From assembly GCA_045863395.1 (NCBI GenBank), contig BTVJ01000011.1, positions 94,503-158,502 of the forward strand: DNA of 64,000 bases, read 5' to 3'. The DNA comes from Myxococcales bacterium (lineage in GTDB: Bacteria > Myxococcota_A > UBA9042 > JABWCM01 > BTVJ01). The position numbers were made by a program, and so were the translations under genes. Below, one piece after another: positions 38,222-46,418 of this stretch; position 1 is the stretch's first letter, and the number at the start of each line of letters is the position of its first letter. Below the pieces are notes generated by a model. It did not search any database. It was not told where the DNA came from and saw only the letters and a list, made by a program, of their open reading frames with translations.

Positions 38222-40045
38222 TCAGGGCACCTCGAACACGTCGAGGGTGGTTCCGTACATGCCGAAGCCAAGGAAGTACGCGGACTTGTCGACGACGAAG
38301 AGCTGCGTCGCGGTGTTGGGCGAGAAGGAGAGGGACCAGAAGGTCCCGGTGTCCGGGTCCAGCGCCTCGGCGAAGGTGGCGTTGTCTCCGTCGCCTGGGA
38401 CGTAGCCGCCAGCGGCGAAGACCAGGGAGTCGCTCCCCGCGCAGCCACCGCAGCCTACGACGGCGCCGAGGCCCATGTCCGTGCGGGGAGTCGGGACGGT
38501 GACCGTCGACCAGGAGTCTGTCGCTGCGTCGTACACGTCGATGACTCCGGCGGTCACGGCCCCTTGCAGGCTGGCGCCGTCTGCGCCGAAGGCTCCCTCC
38601 CCCGTGAACCACGCGCGTCCCCCGACCACCGCGGGCTGCGCCATGGCCCCCCAGGCGTGGGGCATGGGCGCTCCGGCCGTGATGGTCCCGGTGTCGCAGT
38701 CGTAGATGTCGACCGCCGTGCTTGCCGTCTCCGTGGGGGACACTCCCGTCCGCCCACCGGCGAGCACGACGCGGGAGCCGATGACGGCGGCCGCGAGGCG
38801 GCTCCGGGGGACGCTGAGGGCCACCTGGGAGGGGCCGCCCATGAAGGAGAGGTCCAGGACGTCGACCACTGCGCTCTTTGCCGGGCCCGCTGCGTAGGTC
38901 TCGCCGCCGGCCACGACGAGGCGCCCCTGACAGACGGCGGCCGCGACGCGGTTTCGGGCCTCGGAGAGCGCCAGGGGCGCGATGCCGAAGCTGCCGTAGG
39001 CCCCGTCGCCGGGCGAGTAGCTCCAGACCTGCGTGGAGAGGCCGGCGTCGGGGCCCTCGGTCTGCCCGCCCGTGAACCACCCGACCAGCCCGTCTGACAC
39101 GCAGGCCATGAAGCGGCGCGGGGTGGGAAACGCAGGCGCCGTCCCCTCGAGGCTGGTCCCCCACGTGCCTGTGGCGGTGTCGAACACGCTCACCTGGTCC
39201 GTGGCGACCTTCTGGACGGACTGGTAGCCCCCGGCCAGCGCGATGCGCCCGCCCACGGCGACGGCGCAGTGCTGGGTGTGCAGGTGGCCGAGGTCGGCCG
39301 CCGTGTGGGTCCAGGCGAGGGGCTCCGCCCCGGAGGTTGCAACGTCGGGGAGCGGGTCGGCCCCGTCGTGACCGACGCCCACGTCCGGGACGTCCACCGT
39401 CCCCGCGTCGGGGGCCTCCGTCTCGCAGCCCTCGCCGAAGGGCAGCGTCCCCAGCGACGCCCCGCCCGCGAGCGAGGCCGTCACGGTGCCGCACGCCACC
39501 CCGTCGCACACGGTGGCGGTCAGCGCCTCGACGGAGACGGGGAAGGTGGCTGCCCCCACGCGCAGGGTGAGCTCCCCGCTCGCCGTCACCGTGGTGCAGC
39601 CGTCGTCTTCTACCAGGAGCCCGACGGCCAGGGTGCCCTCCACCGAGACCCCCGCCGCGAGCTGACACCCCTCGGACGTCGCGGTGCCGTCCAGGGCGAC
39701 GACGATCTGCCCGCCGGCCGGGCAGGGGACGACGAAGCCCGGATCGTCCGCTTTCCCGAAGCGCTTGGGCGCGCCCGGGTGGGTCGTGCGGTAGTCGGCG
39801 AACCCGTCCGCGAGCAGCACAACCACCGCCGGGAGGTGAGCCACCAACGCGGACCGTGCCGCGTCCGGGTCCGGCGTGCTGGCATCGGTCAGGCCGCCCG
39901 CATCGGTGTCTGCACCGGTGTCTGGGAGACCGATAGTGTCTGCCGACGCCCCCCCGCCGTCCGGAGTTGCGCTCCCGGCGGGCTCCGAGCCGCATGCTGC
40001 CACGCAGAGCGCCACGCATCCTGCACCGAGAACGAGTCGTGTCAT
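38222..40045 (-). CDS. Kelch-repeat lipoprotein
   Basis: Lipobox VAAC, GKAD motif, repeated GG...Y/FD...W Kelch blades. Confidence 0.8.
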   Translation of the reverse strand: MTRLVLGAGCVALCVAACGSEPAGSATPDGGGASADTIGLPDTGADTDAGGLTDASTPDPDAARSALVAHLPAVVVLLADGFADYRTTHPGAPKRFGKADDPGFVVPCPAGGQIVVALDGTATSEGCQLAAGVSVEGTLAVGLLVEDDGCTTVTASGELTLRVGAATFPVSVEALTATVCDGVACGTVTASLAGGASLGTLPFGEGCETEAPDAGTVDVPDVGVGHDGADPLPDVATSGAEPLAWTHTAADLGHLHTQHCAVAVGGRIALAGGYQSVQKVATDQVSVFDTATGTWGTSLEGTAPAFPTPRRFMACVSDGLVGWFTGGQTEGPDAGLSTQVWSYSPGDGAYGSFGIAPLALSEARNRVAAAVCQGRLVVAGGETYAAGPAKSAVVDVLDLSFMGGPSQVALSVPRSRLAAAVIGSRVVLAGGRTGVSPTETASTAVDIYDCDTGTITAGAPMPHAWGAMAQPAVVGGRAWFTGEGAFGADGASLQGAVTAGVIDVYDAATDSWSTVTVPTPRTDMGLGAVVGCGGCAGSDSLVFAAGGYVPGDGDNATFAEALDPDTGTFWSLSFSPNTATQLFVVDKSAYFLGFGMYGTTLDVFEVP

Positions 40046-40158
40046 GGGTCTCTCCAACGGCGTGAAGACCGAGGCTCTCTCTGCACACCGGGACTCCGTG
40101 CCTCCCCGGTCGCCCCGGCCGGTCGGGATGCGAGGCGGCTCCCAGATGGCCGCCCAGG

Positions 40159-41103
40159 CTACTCCCCCTTCAGGCGGCGCAGCTCTGCCAGCGCCTCTGC
40201 GAGGCGTCGCTCCGCATCGTCTGCACGTCGCGCCTCTTCCTCCGCGCGCCGTGATTCCTCCTGTGCGCGTCGCGCCTCCTCCTCCGCACGTCGCGCCTCC
40301 TCCTCCGCACGTCGCGCCTCCTCCTCCGCGCGCCGCGCCTCCTCCTCCGCGCGTCGCGCCTCCTCCTCCGCGCGTCGCGCCTCCTCCTCCGCGCGTCGCG
40401 CCTCCTCCTCCGCGCGCTCCATCAGCTCGTCCACCATGGCGTCCAGGCGGACGATGAGCTCCTCCCGGTCCGGGAGCATGGCGCCGCCATGGTAGAAGCG
40501 GACGCGGTCACCCACCAGGGCGAGGTCGAGCCCCAGGACCTCCGAGCGGAACAGCAGGCGGAATGGTGCGACGGGCTGGTAGACGCCGCCATCCGGCGCG
40601 AGGCGATACCCGAGCAGCTTCTTCCGGCGCGCATCGAAGACGAAATACTCCGGGATGCCGAGGCGGGCGTAGCGCGCGACGTTGGTCCGCAGGTCCTTCG
40701 TCGCGCTGCCCATGTGATGGATCTCGATGACGAACTCCAGCCCCTTGCCCTCGTGGCTGACCACCCACTTCTCCCGCGGGCGGGGGTCCACCCCGGTGAT
40801 CGCCATGATGTCGGGCGCGAAGACCTCCTCCGCCGGGTAGTAGACCGCCAGGTTGGACCCGACGTAGATGCCTGCCTTCGTGCGGCGGAAGTAGCCGCGT
40901 AGCGTGTCGCGGATCGCGTCGGTGGCGTCGTGGTGGAGGTCTCCCTCGGGCGGCATCGCCTCCGAGATCGGCAGCTCCGACGGCAGATTGGCCACCACCC
41001 GACGACGCTGGGCGTCCGTCATGCGGTCCCACTCCTCCTGCGACGGCGCCCGCGGATCCCCATCGTCGAAGATGGATCCCGCTTCTGATCTGGATGTCTT
41101 CAT
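40159..41103 (-). CDS. Uma2 family endonuclease with RAEEEAR coiled-coil tail
   Basis: PEGDLH, APDIM, VIEI, YARLGIPEYFVFD. Confidence 0.9.
   Translation of the reverse strand: MKTSRSEAGSIFDDGDPRAPSQEEWDRMTDAQRRRVVANLPSELPISEAMPPEGDLHHDATDAIRDTLRGYFRRTKAGIYVGSNLAVYYPAEEVFAPDIMAITGVDPRPREKWVVSHEGKGLEFVIEIHHMGSATKDLRTNVARYARLGIPEYFVFDARRKKLLGYRLAPDGGVYQPVAPFRLLFRSEVLGLDLALVGDRVRFYHGGAMLPDREELIVRLDAMVDELMERAEEEARRAEEEARRAEEEARRAEEEARRAEEEARRAEEEARRAEEEARRAQEESRRAEEEARRADDAERRLAEALAELRRLKGE
40207..40416 (-). repeat. Ten 21-bp coding tandem repeats (RAEEEAR)
   Basis: 7x RAEEEAR, then RAQEESR, RAEEEAR, RADDAER; no spacers. Confidence 0.95.
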
Positions 41104-41235
41104 GGTGCCAATTGTACCCGTGACCGGGCGGGGGGCAACCCTCGATCTGCCGCGTCCCCCACCGCGGTGGGTGTGCCCGGCTCCCTGGCGGTCGGCGCCA
41201 TGGCGTACCGGGGCGGCTACGCGCCTTCAGAACAC

Positions 41236-42141
41236 TCACCGGGTGAAGCGTCGATCCCATGGGCCCCATGGTCCGGTCATCGGCTCGCATTCCACGTCCG
41301 AAGGACCTGGCTCATCGCCATCGAGCAGGTCCTCCAGAGCAGTGTCCAGGACATCGAAGGAGTCCGCCAGGTCGCGGGTTGCTCCTCGCTGCCACGAAGC
41401 CCACTCGGCCGGGTGGTCTCGCTCCAGCAGCCGCTCGACGCCCGCCCTCGACAGGCGCTGGATGGGCCGCCCGTCCGTGCTGCTGCGCCCGCGGACGCGC
41501 AGCTCCCCGGGCAGGTAGACGGACAGCTCCACCGGGAAGCCGCGGTCGACGTGGACGTGCGTGAACTCGCGGATGATGCCCCCCTTCCGCACGCACACCC
41601 GGCTCGCCTCGAAGGTCCAGCCGAGGTGCCAGAGCGCGGCCTCCAGAGCCTGCTCCGACTTGGTGAAGACGTGGAGATCGATGTCGCTGCCGCTCCGGAC
41701 GTGCCCTGTCGCCACCGATCCGATCAGGCGGGGACGGAATGGGAGCTGCTCCCCCATGGTCTGCCACGCGGTCACCCTCATGGAGAAGAGCCGCCGTCCG
41801 CGGCTCGCCCCCTCGGTCAGCTCCACCAGCTCGAGGAGCGCTTCCCGAATCTCGCCGTTCGACGGCAGGTCCTGGCGGCGATCTCGGAGCCGTCCGCGCT
41901 GCCCCGGCAGGCGCCTCGCGGCGATGCGCTTCGCGCCGAGCACGTCATGTTCGCGGGAGCTGATCGCCTTGCCGGCGTCGTGCAGGAGCGCCGCCGTCAC
42001 GAGCTCGAGGTCCCCAGTCTCGGCGCGCGCGTGCCCAAAGACCTGCAGGGAGTGATAGAGGGCGTCTCCCTCGGGGTGGTGGCGCGGGTCCTGCGCGATC
42101 CCATCCAGCGCGGCGAGCAGCTCGACGAAGTCGCTGGCCAT
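41236..42141 (-). CDS. Truncated HD domain fused to a minimal nucleotidyltransferase
   Basis: HHPEGDALYHSLQV..AALLHDAGK, then PRLIGSVATGHVRSGSDIDLHVF (GS..DxD motif). Confidence 0.75.
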   Translation of the reverse strand: MASDFVELLAALDGIAQDPRHHPEGDALYHSLQVFGHARAETGDLELVTAALLHDAGKAISSREHDVLGAKRIAARRLPGQRGRLRDRRQDLPSNGEIREALLELVELTEGASRGRRLFSMRVTAWQTMGEQLPFRPRLIGSVATGHVRSGSDIDLHVFTKSEQALEAALWHLGWTFEASRVCVRKGGIIREFTHVHVDRGFPVELSVYLPGELRVRGRSSTDGRPIQRLSRAGVERLLERDHPAEWASWQRGATRDLADSFDVLDTALEDLLDGDEPGPSDVECEPMTGPWGPWDRRFTR

Positions 42142-42329
42142 GTCACGGTCACCGGACCGCCCGGCGCGGGCAGCCGCCACGAAGGGGGCTCTCACAGCTA
42201 GCACGACATGACACCCACCGTCCAGCAGCGGCCTCGTCCGAGAGTCACCTTGGAGGTCGTCGTGAATCTTCAACCGCCCGCACTCAGGCGGACTTCACGT
42301 GGCCGGGTGGCCTCGGCCTGGCGTTCCCG

Positions 42330-42731
42330 TCAGGCGCCGGCGACCGTGAGTGCGAGCGCTCGCGCTGCCTGCGCCTGCCGCCGGTCGAAGGTCAGGAAGG
42401 TCAGCTCGGGGCCATGAACACGCATCGCCGCCGCAAGGTGGAGCGCGTCCAGGCTCCGGGCGCCCGTGGACGCGGCGATTGCCGCCGCAGACTCACAGGT
42501 GGTCTCGTCGAGCTCGACGACGTTCATTCGGGCCCAGTCCGCCTGGAACGCGTCGAGGGCCGCGGTCAGGGCCGGCTCAGCCAGGAGTCGCGCGAGGTTT
42601 CGCCGCACCTCCACGACCGTGTGTCTTGCGGTGACCCACTCGGGGTCTCGCAGCAGCGTGTGCTCAGCGCTGGGACTGTCGGGCTCGTCGACGTACCGCT
42701 TCAGTAGGGCGCTGGTGTCCACATACAGCAT
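42330..42731 (-). CDS. vapC: VapC-family PIN toxin
   Basis: YVDTSALLK, VE, RSLDALHLAAA, TFDRRQ; TGATG coupling to the antitoxin. Confidence 0.9.
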   Translation of the reverse strand: MLYVDTSALLKRYVDEPDSPSAEHTLLRDPEWVTARHTVVEVRRNLARLLAEPALTAALDAFQADWARMNVVELDETTCESAAAIAASTGARSLDALHLAAAMRVHGPELTFLTFDRRQAQAARALALTVAGA

Positions 42732-42988
42732 CAGGCGCCTCGGTCCTCGCTGAGCGCACCGAGCACCGGCGACCGGGCCTGAACCCGCTGGACCGGGTGC
42801 GGTGCCTCCCCGCTCCCTGAGCAGACCCAGCCCTCTCTGACGCCTTGATCCAGGCGCGACGGTGAGGGGACCGGTCCCAGGATCGCCTTGGGGCGTCCCC
42901 GGTCGGTCACCCGGATCACCTCGCCGCGGGAGGCACGCTCCAGGTACTTGGACAAGTGCTCCTTGAACTCTCGAACTCCGACGTCCAT
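42731..42988 (-). CDS. Phd/YefM family antitoxin
   Basis: MDVGVREFKEHLSKYL..GEVIRVTDRGRPKAILGP. Confidence 0.9.
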   Translation of the reverse strand: MDVGVREFKEHLSKYLERASRGEVIRVTDRGRPKAILGPVPSPSRLDQGVREGWVCSGSGEAPHPVQRVQARSPVLGALSEDRGA

Positions 42989-42994
42989 GTGGGC

Positions 42995-43023
42995 ACCTTA
43001 GGGCGGGCATGTGGTCACGTCAA
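42995..43023 (-). promoter_or_regulatory. Sigma70 promoter of the TA operon (leaderless) with operator-like direct repeats
   Basis: TTGACG-17 bp-TAAGGT, 6 nt before the ATG; CATGTGG(G/T)CAC repeated at ~42986 and ~43008. Confidence 0.7.
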
Positions 43024-43087
43024 CGACGGAGGCGGTGCTCCTGACGCGACGTGAAGGCCGAACCATGCCCCAGGCCGCACGTCACGC

Positions 43088-43471
43088 CTACACCTGCACG
43101 GTGAACTGCCCCGGGACCGTGATCTGGATGACGCCGCCCCAGAGGCACATCAGCTTGCTCGTGTTGGTCAGCGCCGGCATGGAGCCGACGATGACGGGCG
43201 GTTGCCCCGGCACCCAGGGGGCGACCGTGTTCGGGATGCAGGGCATGGGGGTCAGCACGCCGAGGGCGGCGGCGGTCGCCGCTGCGACGGTCGGGTTGGC
43301 CATGCTCGTGCAGACCCCGAACGGGGCGACGTTGACCATGGGGGCGTTGTCCATGATCGTCGCGACGGGCGGGCCGGAGAGCACCTTGTTCGCGGGGAGG
43401 ACAGAGAGGGTGGACGGGGCGGCGCCGAAGCTGCACATGAGCATGGCGCCGCTGCATACGGCCGTGGGCAT
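43088..43471 (-). CDS. DUF4280 PAAR-like spike tip protein (IglG-like)
   Basis: VCSGAMLMCSFG, PFGVC, PCIP...W, KLMCLWGGVI. Confidence 0.92.
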   Translation of the reverse strand: MPTAVCSGAMLMCSFGAAPSTLSVLPANKVLSGPPVATIMDNAPMVNVAPFGVCTSMANPTVAAATAAALGVLTPMPCIPNTVAPWVPGQPPVIVGSMPALTNTSKLMCLWGGVIQITVPGQFTVQV

Positions 43472-43492
43472 CGCTCGGTCCTCCTCCCGCTG

Positions 43493-44194
43493 TCAGGCTG
43501 GCCCGCCGCGCGCGGGCAGCGCGACGGACGCCGGGACGTCCGGGCGGCGGGCGAGGCGCTCCCGGTCCTTCTCCGCCATCCAGGTGAGCCCGTACCACAA
43601 GAGCGCGATGATGATCGCGGCGCCGAGATAGTACCACAGCGCGGACCTGGCGCGTTGAAGGCGCGGCACCTCCTCGGGCTCCGTCATGCGCGAGGGCTCG
43701 ATGTCGTCGGCCAGCCTGGCGGAGACCCGCTGGATCACGGCGGCGGCACCCTCCTCGTCGCCGAGCAGCTTGCCGCGGAACCCGAGGCGCAGACAGAAGG
43801 CGTAGACCTCGACCACGATGGGGAGGGCCGTCCCCTCGAGGATCTCGTCCAGGGTCGCGTAGAACAGCTCGCCGCCGCGGTCCGTGTCGAAGAGGTCCCG
43901 CTGGAGCAGCGGCCACACCCCCCGCTGGTTGTCCTGGAGCAGCGTCTGCACCAGCTCGTCCAGGTGGACCACCACGGGGAAGAGGACCAGGTAGGCGTCG
44001 CGCTCGCTCATCGACTTCTCGAGGCCCTCGCGCGCCGCGACGAGCTGGGCGCGCACCTCCATGCGCAGCCGCTGGAGCTCGTCTGGCAAGACGGGGGGGC
44101 CGGGCTCCGTGCGGCGCCTCGCCAGCGTGACCATGGTGCGCAGGATGGGGAGAACAGGCTCCAGCGTCCGGGCTTGCTTCGGGTTGGCGAACAT
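43493..44194 (-). CDS. tssL: DotU/TssL T6SS membrane protein
   Basis: DELV, WPLLQ..LF...GGELFY, FCLRLGFRGK, C-terminal TM; RBS AGGAGG. Confidence 0.88.
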   Translation of the reverse strand: MFANPKQARTLEPVLPILRTMVTLARRRTEPGPPVLPDELQRLRMEVRAQLVAAREGLEKSMSERDAYLVLFPVVVHLDELVQTLLQDNQRGVWPLLQRDLFDTDRGGELFYATLDEILEGTALPIVVEVYAFCLRLGFRGKLLGDEEGAAAVIQRVSARLADDIEPSRMTEPEEVPRLQRARSALWYYLGAAIIIALLWYGLTWMAEKDRERLARRPDVPASVALPARGGPA

Positions 44195-44235
44195 CGCTTC
44201 CTCCTGCCTCCTTGGCGATCTCCGTGCTGGGGCCT

Positions 44236-45921
44236 TCAGGCTCCCGGCGCGGTCACCCTGTCCACCAGGCGCGCCAGCGCGCGGTGCAGCGCATCGTCTG
44301 CCCGGCGCGCCAGGCCGCCGCTCAGGTATTGGTCCCGGCACCACCCATGATCCACGCCGCCCTTGGCCCGCCGGGGCACCACCGGCAAGCACAGGACCCG
44401 GTCCGGCAGGTGCTCCGCGCCCAAGGCGGCCTCCAGGCGGCGTCGCGCCTCGGTGATCAGGGCCGCCTCGTCCACCGGGCGCGCCCCCGTGAAGAGCAGC
44501 AGATCGGCGAGCCTCGCCCCCCCGATGGTCGGCGTCAGGCACACCGAGGCGCCGATGCTCCCCGGCAGGTCAGCGACCACCTCCAGCGCCTCTTCGAGAA
44601 GAAAGCGCCGCCCCCGGCTGCCCTCGGCGACGGAGCCCCCGTAGTGCCATCCCCGCCCGTGGGGCACGATGACCGTGCTCGTCACCACCGGCTTTGGTGA
44701 ACCCGGCAGAGACACCGACAGGCGCCCGTGGCCCGTCGGGGAGGCGGCGCCGCCCAGGAAGTCCGCCACCGTGTGCGGCACCCCCGCCGACGGCAGGACG
44801 TCCATGTGCGGACGCCCCTTGCGCCGGTGCGAGAACAGCAGGCAGCCTCCGAGCGCCGCGCTGAAGCGCAGGTTGGCCGCGCCGCTGTCATGGAGGCCCG
44901 TCCCGACCAGGTGCTCCCACCGCTCCAGGTCGAGGGACTCTGCCGGGTCGCGAAACCACAGGTGCCACTGCGGCGTGGGGATGGGGAGCTCGAGCAGCAG
45001 CTCCCGCGCGGCGACGCCCAGGCCCACCGCCCGGAGGGGGCGGCCGAGCACCGCGGGCTCCCGCCGCACGTCGTCCACGGTGAGGTGCAGCAGCGTGGCG
45101 CCGCAGATCAGGGCGGCGAAGGGCAGGGCGGGCACCGTGTCGAGCAGGGGAAGGCCCGGCGCCGTCGCCACGTCGCCGCGGCGCAGGGACAGCGCCACCG
45201 TCCCGTCGCGGAGCGCGCACAGCAGCAGGGCGTCGACGCTCACGGCCCGCCGCGTGGCCGCCAGGCACGGATCGAAGAGCAGCGCCGCCGTCGCGCCGCT
45301 CGCGTAGGACACGGATCGGTGGAGCTCGAGCGACACGTCCCCGCTGACCGCGTCGGGCAGGACCGGCGCCGTAGCGCCGCCCACCAGCGCCCGATGCGCG
45401 GCGTCCGTGTCGATGAAGTCCGGTGGGTCGGCGAGGCGCGTGGCGACGAAGCGGGCCCCGAGCGGCGGCAGCACCGAGAGCACGAGGCCCGCCTTGAGCG
45501 CGGCGACCAGCGAGACGAACAGCTCCGGTCCCATGGGCCGCACGATGCAGACGACCTGCCCCGGCGCGGCCCCAGCGCGCTCCCAGGCGAGGGCCCGGCG
45601 CGTGGCCCGGTCCGCCAGCTCGGAGGCGCCCAGGCTCTGGAGGCCCCGCGCCCCGTCCACCCACTGGAGCACGGGCGTCTGGAGGCCCAGGTTGCGCACG
45701 ACCAGCTCGTGCCACGGGTCGAAGTGACGGGCACCGAGCTTGGTGCGCACCGGCGAGGTCGCGTCGGTCCAGGCCACGAGGGAGCGCCAGAAGGACTGAG
45801 GGTCCCGGTGGCTCTCCCGCAGCCAGGCGGGCGCCTCGGCCCGCGCCACCCCGTCGAGGGCCAGGTCACGCTCGACCGAGGACAGGTCCAAGGGCGGCGT
45901 GGGCTCGTCTCTGGGAGTCAT
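44236..45921 (-). CDS. Degenerate adenylate-forming (acetyl-CoA synthetase-like) fold protein
   Basis: DPQSFW, GQVVCIVRPMGPELFVSLVAALKAG, ALGAEHLPDRV..VPRRAKGGVD resemble ACS; no TSGSTG.PKG loop. Confidence 0.6.
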   Translation of the reverse strand: MTPRDEPTPPLDLSSVERDLALDGVARAEAPAWLRESHRDPQSFWRSLVAWTDATSPVRTKLGARHFDPWHELVVRNLGLQTPVLQWVDGARGLQSLGASELADRATRRALAWERAGAAPGQVVCIVRPMGPELFVSLVAALKAGLVLSVLPPLGARFVATRLADPPDFIDTDAAHRALVGGATAPVLPDAVSGDVSLELHRSVSYASGATAALLFDPCLAATRRAVSVDALLLCALRDGTVALSLRRGDVATAPGLPLLDTVPALPFAALICGATLLHLTVDDVRREPAVLGRPLRAVGLGVAARELLLELPIPTPQWHLWFRDPAESLDLERWEHLVGTGLHDSGAANLRFSAALGGCLLFSHRRKGRPHMDVLPSAGVPHTVADFLGGAASPTGHGRLSVSLPGSPKPVVTSTVIVPHGRGWHYGGSVAEGSRGRRFLLEEALEVVADLPGSIGASVCLTPTIGGARLADLLLFTGARPVDEAALITEARRRLEAALGAEHLPDRVLCLPVVPRRAKGGVDHGWCRDQYLSGGLARRADDALHRALARLVDRVTAPGA

Positions 45922-46418
45922 CGCTCCGACGCCTGCGGTCTGGACTCGGCAGGCCGGCGGGGGCGGTTCGGTGGCGCCAGGGTCACCGTGCCGTTCTCGA
46001 GCAGGAAGGTGTACTCCTTCGTGTGGGGCGGCGAGAGCAGCACCTTCCAGGGCTCGCTCGGCTCGGTGAACAGGGCGTACACGGCGAACGCCTCGTCGTC
46101 GGCCACCTGCACCACCACCACCTCGTCGTGCCCGGGCCACGCGAACCGGAGCCCGCGCAGCTTCTCGTCCTTGGCGGGCGGCACGGCCTTCAGCGCGACG
46201 GCCCTGTAGTCCTCTTGCATGAACGCGCCCTCGTCCACGGCGCGCACGAGCACGTAGAGCGGGCGCGCCCCGTTGACCGTCGCGTGGCTGCGGAAGGTCA
46301 GGATGCGCTCCGGGTCGGGGGCTGGCGGCGCGTGGCTGCACCCCGCGAGCATGGCGAGCCCGCCGACCAGGATGCCCGCGACGGCGCCCCTCCACGTCGT
46401 GCCGTTCCGCGCCATCAT
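45918..46418 (-). CDS. T6SS outer-membrane lipoprotein (TssJ-like)
   Basis: Lipobox LAGC, NGARPLYVLVR, AVYALF..P..W; coupled to tssM. Confidence 0.65.
   Translation of the reverse strand: MMARNGTTWRGAVAGILVGGLAMLAGCSHAPPAPDPERILTFRSHATVNGARPLYVLVRAVDEGAFMQEDYRAVALKAVPPAKDEKLRGLRFAWPGHDEVVVVQVADDEAFAVYALFTEPSEPWKVLLSPPHTKEYTFLLENGTVTLAPPNRPRRPAESRPQASER

Noticed and set aside
40207..40416. Possible CRISPR array
   Set aside because: Head-to-tail in-frame coding repeats with no spacers; no cas genes in the window.
42142..42329. Possible ncRNA or tRNA-like element upstream of the HD-NTase gene
   Set aside because: Only a GC hairpin near 42275-42292, plausibly the vapC terminator; no cloverleaf or known riboswitch motif seen.
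25200..43087. Prophage, ICE or IS explaining the island
   Set aside because: No integrase, transposase, att repeats or phage structural genes recognised.
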